From the IMG/VR virus record IMGVR_UViG_3300025821_000011: a stretch of 64,000 nt of DNA; one strand, given 5' to 3'. Shown one piece after another: positions 25,101-34,172 of the stretch. The DNA comes from an uncultured virus (IMG/VR IMGVR_UViG_3300025821_000011) (taxonomy: Duplodnaviria > Heunggongvirae > Uroviricota > Caudoviricetes > Crassvirales). The number at the start of each line of letters is the position of its first letter. Positions within the stretch are counted from its first letter, which is position 1. Under the pieces are notes generated by a model. The model did no database searches. It was not told the DNA's origin and was given only the letters and a program-made list of their open reading frames with translations. Both the position numbers and the translations under genes were made by a program.

Positions 25101-28100
25101 AAATCTTTTAAAAATTGCTTAGTAGATTTACCCATTCCTCCGTCGTAGCCAAATGTTTCAGCTATAATAAAACCTTTTTCTCCTGATAAAGTTTTTTGGA
25201 ACTCTAAGATTTTTTTAGGTATTAATTCTAATATTGAGGCAGCTTCTTCTCTAAATTCTTTATGTGCTTCAGTATTGTGCCCAATTTTATTATTGTTTAA
25301 TATATTTAAATTAGTTTCTGTTTTTAAAACTTCTTGACCTATTGCTTTTTTAATATTTTCAGCTATTAATTCTTTTGCTTCAGTAGTATTAATAAATGAT
25401 CTAACAGCAGCTTCTGATAATCTTCCTGATAATTCAGTATCTAATTCACCTCTTGTATATTGATTTATTAAAGTTCTATATTGCGCTTCGTTACTAACCG
25501 CAAGATCTTTCATTTTTAAAACTTCTTCATATAAGTCTTTAGACGAAAAAGATCTATCTGCTTCACCTGAAGGTAATCTATCTAATTCTATAGAAACTTT
25601 TGATATAAAGTTTTCTCCTACATCATTACCCAATTCAGTTTGTCGTTCTTCTACAATCTTTTTAAATGTGTCAGATTCTATTTTTTCCATTATAGCATCT
25701 TTACCTATTTCCATGGCTATAGTTTCTATAAGAGATCTTCTTTTACCGTCTAATCTTTCATTACCAGTACCATCGCCTCCGAAGTATTTTTTCCATTCCG
25801 CAGGTGTTATATTTTTTTTCTTAAAAATAGCGTTACCTTGATCCGTAGCTTCTCTGGCTTGCTCTCCTGTTTTAGAATCTATTAATGGCTCAGCAAATAT
25901 ATTAAATCTTTTATTTATACTAGACTGACTTATATAATTTTTATATAATTTAAAAGTGTTGTCAATAAATGCAGAATATTCCGGAGTGGGTATTGCATTT
26001 TTAAATGATTGACCAGGTATTTTAGGTATTTTTAATTTACCAGCTTCTTTTTCTATTTCTTTAAATAAACTTATTTTAAAAGCCTCTTGTTGATATTGAT
26101 TAAAGTTTTTAAGTTTAACGGGTTTTCCTTCTACGGATAATCCTTGCTTTGATAAGTAATCGTTTACTTCTTTGAATCCTCTTGCTTTAATGTTTACAGT
26201 TTTATCTCCAATAGTGATATCTGCATTGTCTCTGAATAAAGCATAAGTAGCTTCCTCGCCTGACGATAGTTTAGCTTTAGCTATAGATCTAGCTCCTAAT
26301 GTAGGAAACTTTAGCAGTAAAGTTTTTTCAGCTATACTCGTTGCCTTGTCGTTAATATTTTCCGATAATTTAGCCACAGCTACTGCAGCTTTTCTAGAAA
26401 CCCTGTCATTTTTAGATAAATCTAAAAAAGCAACGCTACCTTCACCAGAAGAAGCCTCTTGCATTATTGCTTCTTGCTGGTTTTCTTCCATCCCCCCTAG
26501 CTTAATAGACTGCATTTGTTCAGCATATTCAGGTTTTTGCATAATACCAAGTATACGCTTGTCTATATCTCTTTCAAGCATTGTAGTTAAGGTAGCCTCT
26601 GCTTTTGTTCCTTTAGCTATGGCTTCAAGGTTATCCAATCTAGAAGGCCCTTCGCTTTGTCTTATTTCACGTATTCCGTTTTCTTTAGCAAAGTTTTGAA
26701 TTTCTTGTTTGCTTGGATTGTTATCTTTAACATATTTTATAACTTTTTGCCCTTCAAAATAAGGTTTTACAATGCCAGGAACTCCTCCTCTGTCCATTAT
26801 TACAGCATCTGTAAGATTTTCAGCAAAATCGCTATCAACAGGTATGCTATTTCTATCTATATACCTTCTTATTTTTTGTAAAACTCTAGGCCTATATGCA
26901 AATCCAACCATGACGCCAGTTGCATCTATGTTTATTCTTTTTTCGCTAATACCTTCTTCATAAGCTTTATTTACTTTACTAAATATATCCTTATTATCTA
27001 CGTCTAATTCTTTAGAAGAAAAATCTTTAAGAGCCTCTGCTTTTGTTTTAATTTCAGCACCAGTTTCTAAATCTATTAATTTTTTACCATCAATTTCTAT
27101 GTTGGAAAACTTTTCAAACTGTTTAGAAATATTTTTACCTCCTTTTTCTATATTACCAAGATCATATAAAAATTCCAAAAGATCACTTGCTCTATTTATA
27201 TTTTTTTCTCCAATTTCTAAAGGTTTTTTAGAAGACAAGTCTAGGCCTATTTTACCCGCGGTATTTTTAACTATTCTATTTATCCCTGTTAATAAGCCTT
27301 TACTTAAAAGCAAATCTTTGTATTTAGGATTTTGTAAAAATTCCGCAATATTCATCACGTATTCTTCAGGTCTTTGTGATTTGTCTTTATACTTTTCATT
27401 AATAATTTCTTGAAAAGTTTTATCCCCTAGTTCACCGAAGCGCTCTCCTTCTAAAGCTTTATTAACAGTTGTTTCAATACCTTCTTTAAATTTTTGGGCA
27501 ACACCTTCATTATTTTTAAAAGCTAAATCCATTAAAGCATGCCCTACTTCTTGTGTAAAAACACCTGGTTTATATTTTGATAGATCAACTTGAAATTCAT
27601 TTGATTCTGGAAAGTACTTAGCCTTACTGCCATCTAAAGCATTAGGCTCTTTTTCGTTTCTTATTATTTTTAGTACAGGAGTTTTACCTTTAGATTGGAA
27701 AACCCCCGATTTTTTTACATTGTCAAATGATTTTTCTATACCAACTTTAGCTATTTCAATTTTAGACTCAGCAACAATAATTTCTTTTTCTAAAATTCTT
27801 TGTTCTCTATTTGAAATATTACCTTCATTGATTTTAGTTCTTGCACTGTTTATTTCTGAAGTTAATTCCCCAACATCTTTATTATAAAACGAAGCGTCCG
27901 CTCTTAGCAAGCTATTTTCTAATTCAATAGCATAATTTTCTTTTTGTTTTCTTTCTTTACCTTCTAATAAATAGTCACCCTCTGCATTTGTTTCAGTTAA
28001 TAAACGCATAGCATCAGTAAAATTAGCTCTTTTTTTAGCAACACTCATAAAATCAACTGATTTTAGTTTTGTGACACCCATGCCTGCAAATGTAAAGAAA

Positions 28101-30361
28101 TCTACTATTAATTTTTCAAAGCCTTTGCTTTGGTTTTCCATAGTATTTTCATTACCACTTTTTTTTCTTTCTTCAACTTCTTTTTCTGAAAGCAAAGCTC
28201 CAGTAGTTTTGTCATAATATATGCTACCATAGGTTTCGTTCATAAACTTTCCCCAATCAACATCTTTTGATAAAGATTTAAGCGCTTCTTCTGTAAATAA
28301 AGCTGCATTACTACCTGTCATACCACCTAATCCAGGCGCTACTATTTTTTGAAACACAGGTTCAAGAGCTTGGTATGGTCCACCAAATTTAACTTTACTT
28401 AAAAATTTATTTGCTAGTTGTCCACCCGCAAAAAACCCTACACCACCACCGGTTTGTGATTCACCACCTGTTACAATTTTAAATTTAGCCTCTTCTAAAA
28501 GAGCGTGATATATAAAACTTTCTGTTTGTTGTTTAATAGTAGGGGTAAAATTTTTAGTTCTTTTAAGGTGTTTAGCCATTTTAAGTCCAAACTTAGTGGT
28601 AGCTAAAGTACCTCCTGTTACCGCATTTAATACACCAAATTTAATAATTTCCGGAACAAACCCACCTAAACCCTCTGCTATTTGAGTAGGTAATGATCTT
28701 CTGTAATTTTCTCGCTGAGATTTAGACATGTCTATCCCATAATCTGTTTGGAGCTCTTCTATCGCATCCAATTCCATTCTTCGAGTTGTACCTATACTTT
28801 TAGTTAAATCCTCCCCTATTGTAGCCGTACTCATCGCTCCTACAAATTCGCCTATCTTGTCACCAACTTGATTACCTATAGTTGATTTAATACTACCTGG
28901 ATCTATGTTAAGCATAAATGTAGTAGTTAAAGCTTCTCTGTTTATATTTAACCTTATATTGTCTTTGTAAAGATCATCAAGCAAATTTGAAAAACCTGCT
29001 TGCCCGAGTGTTTCTTCTTTAGAACCTAATGTAGTTGCTTTACTTAATTCTTTGTTTATATCTGTTATGTTTCTAAGAGGTAATAAATCTTGATATTTTA
29101 CTTCATAAATACCATCTTTATTAGGTTTATATCCTTTACTTGATAAAGCATTTATTAAAGGAAAAAAAGATGATTTTAATTTTACTGTACGATTTTCTCT
29201 TTGTGTAAGATCTTGTGTTTCTAATACATTTAATACAAAAGCTTCCTCAAGCTGAGTAGCGGTTGATTTTTTGTATTGAGTAGTTTTAGCGTCAATTTCT
29301 TTTTTTAAATTTCTAGGTTTAGATTGCCCTGTAAGAACATCTTTTTCTTTTTGGGATAAAGACATGTTTTTCCCTGTAATAGGATCAATCCAGTATTGAA
29401 AGTTTTTATTATAATCTTTTATAGCATCACTAGATGCTTCAGACAATGTAGCTATCTCTTGCGAAGCCTCAGCAGCCTGTGAAGCAGTGCCGTTATCTCT
29501 TACATCTCTTAGTTTTTTTAAACGAGAATTTATATTTGCTATAGTTGTTTGTTTAGGTGAAAGGTTTTTTGAATAATCTTTTACGCCTAATTCTATAGTA
29601 GCTGTATATCTTTTAGCATCGCGTAAGTCTTGTATTACAGCACTTCTCTTTGTATTCTCTTCCTGTTTTTCTTTTTGTAAAGCGGTATCTATTCTTGCGT
29701 TTACAAGAGTGTTTATAGTGCTTTCTGCAGGGGCTAGTTGACTTGGGTTTAATCGATAAAAAGATTCTGTAATTTTATTTGTTAAAGCATTTCTCCACTC
29801 AGGATTTTTATTTAATTCTGTTATACTTTGCCCTTCAATAGGATCTTTAAATATCATACCTTCCTCCAGTTGATAAGGGATGTTTGTGTTAAAAATGGCA
29901 TCAACGGAAGAATTAAAATTGTCAGCTATTTCTTTACCTTCTGGTGTAGTTAGGTTTTTTTCTATTTCTATTTCATCATTTAGATCAGCAATTATTTGAC
30001 CCTTCATTGTTGTTCTAAAAGTTTTAGCTTTTTCAAGCCTGTCTTCTAATTCAATTAACCTTTCACTTTTAGGTTTAGGATCTAGTGAATCCAAAGAAGT
30101 ATCTACCGAAGGTAACACCGTATCTTCTGGTTCCACATACCCGGCTTGTGATGCTGTCATTGGTTGTTGCACTGCATCCGCATCCTCTACAGTACTTGTT
30201 GGAAAATCCACTTCTTCAGTTTTAACTTCAGTTACTTCTGTAACTTCTTCTTCAAAAGTAATATTATTTTTACTAGTATAATCTTCAAGAGATAATCCTG
30301 CTTTATCTGCTGCATTTTGAATCTCTTCTTCCGTGTACTTTGATCCGTCGTATATATACAT
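22106..30361 (-). CDS. giant internal virion / ejection (polyvalent) protein
   Basis: 2751 aa; last of three genes after the tail genes; zincin-like QEVGH. Confidence 0.7.
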   Translation of the reverse strand: MYIYDGSKYTEEEIQNAADKAGLSLEDYTSKNNITFEEEVTEVTEVKTEEVDFPTSTVEDADAVQQPMTASQAGYVEPEDTVLPSVDTSLDSLDPKPKSERLIELEDRLEKAKTFRTTMKGQIIADLNDEIEIEKNLTTPEGKEIADNFNSSVDAIFNTNIPYQLEEGMIFKDPIEGQSITELNKNPEWRNALTNKITESFYRLNPSQLAPAESTINTLVNARIDTALQKEKQEENTKRSAVIQDLRDAKRYTATIELGVKDYSKNLSPKQTTIANINSRLKKLRDVRDNGTASQAAEASQEIATLSEASSDAIKDYNKNFQYWIDPITGKNMSLSQKEKDVLTGQSKPRNLKKEIDAKTTQYKKSTATQLEEAFVLNVLETQDLTQRENRTVKLKSSFFPLINALSSKGYKPNKDGIYEVKYQDLLPLRNITDINKELSKATTLGSKEETLGQAGFSNLLDDLYKDNIRLNINREALTTTFMLNIDPGSIKSTIGNQVGDKIGEFVGAMSTATIGEDLTKSIGTTRRMELDAIEELQTDYGIDMSKSQRENYRRSLPTQIAEGLGGFVPEIIKFGVLNAVTGGTLATTKFGLKMAKHLKRTKNFTPTIKQQTESFIYHALLEEAKFKIVTGGESQTGGGVGFFAGGQLANKFLSKVKFGGPYQALEPVFQKIVAPGLGGMTGSNAALFTEEALKSLSKDVDWGKFMNETYGSIYYDKTTGALLSEKEVEERKKSGNENTMENQSKGFEKLIVDFFTFAGMGVTKLKSVDFMSVAKKRANFTDAMRLLTETNAEGDYLLEGKERKQKENYAIELENSLLRADASFYNKDVGELTSEINSARTKINEGNISNREQRILEKEIIVAESKIEIAKVGIEKSFDNVKKSGVFQSKGKTPVLKIIRNEKEPNALDGSKAKYFPESNEFQVDLSKYKPGVFTQEVGHALMDLAFKNNEGVAQKFKEGIETTVNKALEGERFGELGDKTFQEIINEKYKDKSQRPEEYVMNIAEFLQNPKYKDLLLSKGLLTGINRIVKNTAGKIGLDLSSKKPLEIGEKNINRASDLLEFLYDLGNIEKGGKNISKQFEKFSNIEIDGKKLIDLETGAEIKTKAEALKDFSSKELDVDNKDIFSKVNKAYEEGISEKRINIDATGVMVGFAYRPRVLQKIRRYIDRNSIPVDSDFAENLTDAVIMDRGGVPGIVKPYFEGQKVIKYVKDNNPSKQEIQNFAKENGIREIRQSEGPSRLDNLEAIAKGTKAEATLTTMLERDIDKRILGIMQKPEYAEQMQSIKLGGMEENQQEAIMQEASSGEGSVAFLDLSKNDRVSRKAAVAVAKLSENINDKATSIAEKTLLLKFPTLGARSIAKAKLSSGEEATYALFRDNADITIGDKTVNIKARGFKEVNDYLSKQGLSVEGKPVKLKNFNQYQQEAFKISLFKEIEKEAGKLKIPKIPGQSFKNAIPTPEYSAFIDNTFKLYKNYISQSSINKRFNIFAEPLIDSKTGEQAREATDQGNAIFKKKNITPAEWKKYFGGDGTGNERLDGKRRSLIETIAMEIGKDAIMEKIESDTFKKIVEERQTELGNDVGENFISKVSIELDRLPSGEADRSFSSKDLYEEVLKMKDLAVSNEAQYRTLINQYTRGELDTELSGRLSEAAVRSFINTTEAKELIAENIKKAIGQEVLKTETNLNILNNNKIGHNTEAHKEFREEAASILELIPKKILEFQKTLSGEKGFIIAETFGYDGGMGKSTKQFLKDFESTLGSKADASIWKPVFDLVEKSQQKFFAEISQGSNNTGVGKVRNITSNESLTDKAKEKEIDKIYEENFRFSNELNTAYHNAIIKSMNKSLNSKYEGKPAERIKAIEKLSLMFTHNRQFGFRLASPFTIFELTTKGKFSNEHLKESVKYKTDAINLLKEGLVDLEPGLKKLNTGYESALVDNTSRVEADKALGSVFSPQMQSYLKLVGADALVMTSKQIVKKLNKFYHAPSKSLLGNYLVKKSIKESTPPNKTNLKLLKEAGADIKNIKTNDQALAEMDKIDVSAKAFASKDLNSGDLSKTFNKIIENKTGVKAEDVFSESRGVKAGKNKGRLDLFIPPSAEDFVGLLYKTLGKGKEGNAQLAWYKKNLLDPFARGDAAVTNERNALMRDFKQIKKEITEAIAGKDWKGTSPLTKKMKDKLPGLEYTGEDALRMYIWSKQGNEIPSIDKAEVDAVIKEFVKNPELIEFANKIRLINKGTPYPEPSNNWVSGNVSTDLLQGINTTKRAQHLEQWQANVDQIFSKENLNKLEGVYGKSYRKAMENMLHRMKTGRNRNISGDYLGGRVTDWVNNSTGAIMFLNQRSAVLQLISASNFVNMSDNNIFKAGAAFANQPQYWSDFKMLFNSEYLKNRRGGLEFNVTESEIADIAKAGGINGVIAKILKVGFTPTQLADSFAIASGGSTFFRNRYKTYLKETNAEGEKVYTEKEAKEKAFLDFKETAEESQQSSRPDKISQQQSGILGRTVLSFANTPSQYARIIKKSAMDLKAGRGDQKTNISKIVYYSFLQNVLFNGLQKALFMDLMGDDDDDTTSTAAKRKAEAKTQNKYIDVVNGMASSLLRGSGVSGNIVNSLKDMGLEIYKQQGKTVQDYDRVADAALGFSPPIRYKYQQIKSAGRKFTYPGSRQEVIDKGFSIDNPALMAGAQVTSALTNIPLDRAMRKINNIVDATTMELDEIQRLGLLLGWSKYDLNIPKDKKKSSKKKKKNAFKTPKFKTPKFK

Positions 30362-30377
30362 TTTTTTAATTTAATTA

Positions 30378-31946
30378 TTATGGTAACTTAGGTCTATCTT
30401 GATTTCCTCCGATTATTGCTTTAAGCAATCTATCCCTTTCAGAAGGTTCTATTCCAGGAATTAATAAATCTAACATTGAATTATTTAGTTCTTTAGGATC
30501 AGAAATATCAACTGGTATTATTGCTCCAGAAGAAGTTCTATAAGCCAAATCTGTTTTGGGCCGCACATCTTCCCAGCTTTCTTCAGTATTTCCATCTTGC
30601 CTTAAATATAAAGCTTTTAAATCTTCTGTTCTTACAATTTTAGGATCAGACCCTCTGCGTTTAGAATTAATTACATCTACAAAAGCACCTAACTTATCTA
30701 AATTAAAATTTTTACTTCCTTTTTGTTTTTTGCTATCTGTTAAAGATTTTATTTCATTTAAGACTTTTTTTCCTAGAGATACTCTACCTTTAAATTTTTT
30801 ACTTGCTTCTGTTAATTTAGTTGTTTTTTCGTCACCTGTTTTATCATATACTTTTCTTAAAGGTTTTTCTACCCCCAAACCTTCTTCTTTTATAAGCATT
30901 TTAGCATAAGCTATTTGAGTTCTATTAAGAAAAGGATCAATTATTTTGCTAGTAGCATCCCTGTCCCATGTAGCCTTATCTGGGTCTATTATTTTAAAAG
31001 CATCTCCTAGATCAGGCATACCAGGCATTGTAGGAATTTTATCTATATATTCTAACATTTTGTTGTTACTTAGCCTAACAGCGGGTTGTGCTCCTATGCC
31101 TATTATATAAGAATCTGATTTTTTTCTAACATCCTCTATTAAACGAGCCATGTCTACTTCTTGATATTCTTGGGTGTAACTCCCTGTTACGTTTCCTTCA
31201 CTATCTTTAATTGGAACTCTTCTAGTTTTAACACCCTCTTTGTAATAATTTACTTTTGTTTCTTTAATTCCAACACCAACTTCTTTCATATTTTTAGTAG
31301 GGTTGGGTACTACAGGAAGATCAAAAGCTCTGTTAGCATCTGTACCTATTTTATTTCCTTCGCCGTCATACGAAACAACTTCAGTATATCCTCTACTTAA
31401 ATTGCTATCCCATCGCATGGTTCCAATAGATCTACCAGCTGTACTACCTACTTGCCCTTCAACATCTAATGTTTTATAAAGATTAGGTGATACAAATTTA
31501 TCTATTCCGTCAAAATCTCCTGGAGGTATCTCCATCGTATCATTGTATGACTGCATTTTTGCTTCCGTTTGCTTAGCGTCTTCTAAAATTTGATTAGGAA
31601 TTGTTTGAAGCCATGATAACTCTTTAGCATTATCTGTAGTAAATTTTAAAGGAGAATCGAGTTGTTTTTTTATTAATTCATTGTGTCTAGTTAAAGCTCC
31701 TTCTAAAGGGGTTTGCCAATCAGTTGCACTGTTTTTAATATCAGCAGCATTATAAGCATTTAAAAATTTACCCTGTGCAGAATTAAGCTTTTGAACTCTT
31801 TCAACATTTTCTTTTTCTCGCTGCTTGTAATTTGCTTGAATTGTTTTTATAGCACCAGTAGTTGCACCAGTAATTTGCTTAAGCATATTTTGTATATGTT
31901 GGCCTGACTGTGTGTCTACTACTTGTTGTGGATTTCTATAACTCAT
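30378..31946 (-). CDS. putative internal virion protein
   Basis: 522 aa; position in the ejection-protein block. Confidence 0.6.
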   Translation of the reverse strand: MSYRNPQQVVDTQSGQHIQNMLKQITGATTGAIKTIQANYKQREKENVERVQKLNSAQGKFLNAYNAADIKNSATDWQTPLEGALTRHNELIKKQLDSPLKFTTDNAKELSWLQTIPNQILEDAKQTEAKMQSYNDTMEIPPGDFDGIDKFVSPNLYKTLDVEGQVGSTAGRSIGTMRWDSNLSRGYTEVVSYDGEGNKIGTDANRAFDLPVVPNPTKNMKEVGVGIKETKVNYYKEGVKTRRVPIKDSEGNVTGSYTQEYQEVDMARLIEDVRKKSDSYIIGIGAQPAVRLSNNKMLEYIDKIPTMPGMPDLGDAFKIIDPDKATWDRDATSKIIDPFLNRTQIAYAKMLIKEEGLGVEKPLRKVYDKTGDEKTTKLTEASKKFKGRVSLGKKVLNEIKSLTDSKKQKGSKNFNLDKLGAFVDVINSKRRGSDPKIVRTEDLKALYLRQDGNTEESWEDVRPKTDLAYRTSSGAIIPVDISDPKELNNSMLDLLIPGIEPSERDRLLKAIIGGNQDRPKLP

Positions 31947-31965
31947 GTTTTATTTTTTATGATTT

Positions 31966-32703
31966 CTATTTACCCGCCGCTAGTGCTCCCATATATGCAC
32001 CACCAATAGATGTTAAACCTCCAATAGCACCTGTTATTGCCCCTGTTCTATCTGAACTTGCTTGCGCTTGTCTTGCTTGTGCACCTGCTAATTGAGCTGA
32101 TGCTCTGTCTAATTGAGCATCCTCTCTATTTTCTTGAGTCTGAAATTGAAATTGTCTACCTTGCATTTCCATACCTTGAACTCTACCTCCTTCAGCAATT
32201 TGAACACCTTGAACTCTTTGTTGTTCAGCCATCCTTCTAGCTTGTAAATCTTGCTCTCCTTGAGCTCTTAGTCTTTCATTTTGAGCTTCTTGATTTTCTA
32301 TACTGGCAGATACACCTTTTTTACTTTGTAATGCAGCTTGCGCTAAAGCGGTTGCTCCACCAGCTCCAGCCCCAGTTGCTCTTATAGTATCCAATGTATT
32401 AGCTAATGATATATCAGCTTGTTCTATTTCTATTTCAGCGGCTTGTGTAGCTACACTTAGATTAGCCATATTGTTAGTTAACTGTCCGCTTAAGTCTTGA
32501 GCTAATCCGCTTAGGTTTGTAACTCCTTCTGCTGGATTTATTATTGCTTGCCTATTGTTTTCTAAGTAGGTTATTTTTCTTTGTGCTGCTTGTCTTTCTC
32601 TTCTAGCTGCTCTTTCAGCTTTTTTAGCTTTTCCTGCTCCAAAAAGACCACCAACAACGTTAAGCACCGCTCCGCCTATTGCCACTCCTGCCATTAAACT
32701 CAT
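31966..32703 (-). CDS. putative internal virion/ejection protein
   Basis: Ala/Gln/Gly-rich, hydrophobic Gly-rich termini. Confidence 0.65.
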   Translation of the reverse strand: MSLMAGVAIGGAVLNVVGGLFGAGKAKKAERAARRERQAAQRKITYLENNRQAIINPAEGVTNLSGLAQDLSGQLTNNMANLSVATQAAEIEIEQADISLANTLDTIRATGAGAGGATALAQAALQSKKGVSASIENQEAQNERLRAQGEQDLQARRMAEQQRVQGVQIAEGGRVQGMEMQGRQFQFQTQENREDAQLDRASAQLAGAQARQAQASSDRTGAITGAIGGLTSIGGAYMGALAAGK

Positions 32704-32728
32704 AATTTATATTTTTTTAATTATTTTT

Positions 32729-34138
32729 TTATCTTCCATATGTTGCGCCTACTGCAAACAACTCTTTTAATCCACCTAGATCTGTTGTTGCATCTGTTTT
32801 CATAGTTACTGTAGCGTAGTATGCTTTTATGCCTGAGCTATCAGGTCCAATCAAAACTTGACCATCTATAGGTTGAGTTGAATTATTTTTAATAGCTGCT
32901 ACATATCTGTTTTGCTTTCTATTAAAACCAGCTCTATAAGGTATACCGCCTTCTGTATAAAGGCCTTCGTCATAACTCCATATTCTCGATGAAGTATCTA
33001 TTGTTTCATCCCATCCAGCTCCTCTTGCATCAAATCCAGTAGCATCAGAAACTAATGATGTAATCTCCCAACCGTTTGTTCCTTCGTAATTAACAGTATT
33101 AAATGTTTTAACTCTTGTTGGATCTGGATTAATAACAAACTTCAGTGTTGAAGGTAGGCTAGCAGCATCATAGAATGAATTTCTAAGTACTGGTGCTGGT
33201 GGTGCAGCTTTTGTTTGTAAAACGTAATGTTCCCAAATAGATGTTCCGTTTGTTGTAAAAAACTTACCTTGAGAACTAAATCCAGAACTTGGTTTATAGT
33301 CATAAAAACTTACCCAACCATTTGTAGCTTCTTCAAAGCTTAATGTATTATAAGTATTATCTGCATTTTGTAACGATAGTACATAGTTTTTATTATATAT
33401 ATCGTAAGCACCTACTATTTTACCAGTAGAACTAACAGTTGCTAACTTATCTCTAAAGAAATCAACCATACCGTAGCTAGATATTTCAGTAATGCCATCC
33501 ATTGATAACCTAAGCACAGCATTTCTGTTTCTATCTGTAAAGTATTTTTGATATCCGTAAACAGCAAATGATTCTGGGTTTGTGGATATACCGTATTCAC
33601 CAGAATAAGGTATTATCTGGCCAATAACTAAATTAGCGCTTGTTGTAATAGCTCCACCTTCTGCAGAGTATATAGCGTCTTTATCTATTAAAGCTCTATT
33701 TACTTTGTCTTCTTGAAATACAATTAAGTTAGTATCTTCAGCATAAAGCTTTTGTATGCTTCCGCTAATAGGATCAACACTTCTAGTTATTTGTTCAGCA
33801 ATACTAAATTGATTAGATTGGTTTACACCTGTTCTAGAATTAAATATTCCAGAATATATTAATGAACTTGATCTTCGTTGTTGCGCATCGTTATCTTCTA
33901 CTATGTATGCTTTTACGCCTAGATCAGTTGAAGTATTGTTATAACCACCTCGTATTCTTGATTCTTCAATATACCAATCTTCCTCTACTATAGAAGTAGA
34001 TGGAGCCACCCAAGGATATGGAACTAAGCTAGTATCAGGTAAAGAAACTACATTAGTTGGTCCCACTGGTACCGGTATATCAGCTATTCTCTTCAAATAA
34101 AATGAGTTAAAGTACCCTACTTCTAGTGTTATTGACAT
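32729..34138 (-). CDS. tail (stabilisation/nozzle-like) protein
   Basis: YGISTNPESFA, FTDRNRNAVLRL, GWVSFYDY. Confidence 0.6.
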   Translation of the reverse strand: MSITLEVGYFNSFYLKRIADIPVPVGPTNVVSLPDTSLVPYPWVAPSTSIVEEDWYIEESRIRGGYNNTSTDLGVKAYIVEDNDAQQRRSSSLIYSGIFNSRTGVNQSNQFSIAEQITRSVDPISGSIQKLYAEDTNLIVFQEDKVNRALIDKDAIYSAEGGAITTSANLVIGQIIPYSGEYGISTNPESFAVYGYQKYFTDRNRNAVLRLSMDGITEISSYGMVDFFRDKLATVSSTGKIVGAYDIYNKNYVLSLQNADNTYNTLSFEEATNGWVSFYDYKPSSGFSSQGKFFTTNGTSIWEHYVLQTKAAPPAPVLRNSFYDAASLPSTLKFVINPDPTRVKTFNTVNYEGTNGWEITSLVSDATGFDARGAGWDETIDTSSRIWSYDEGLYTEGGIPYRAGFNRKQNRYVAAIKNNSTQPIDGQVLIGPDSSGIKAYYATVTMKTDATTDLGGLKELFAVGATYGR

Positions 34139-34140
34139 AT

Positions 34141-34172
34141 TATATTAATTACTTGTTTTTTCTATTTATTAC
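34141..34172 (-). promoter_or_regulatory. putative late promoter
   Basis: Minus strand gtaa-N16-gtaattaatata. Confidence 0.55.

Noticed and set aside
22106..30361. crAss-type virion RNA polymerase
   Set aside because: No DxDxD catalytic motif in an RNAP-like context was recognised; a structure search would be needed to exclude it fully.
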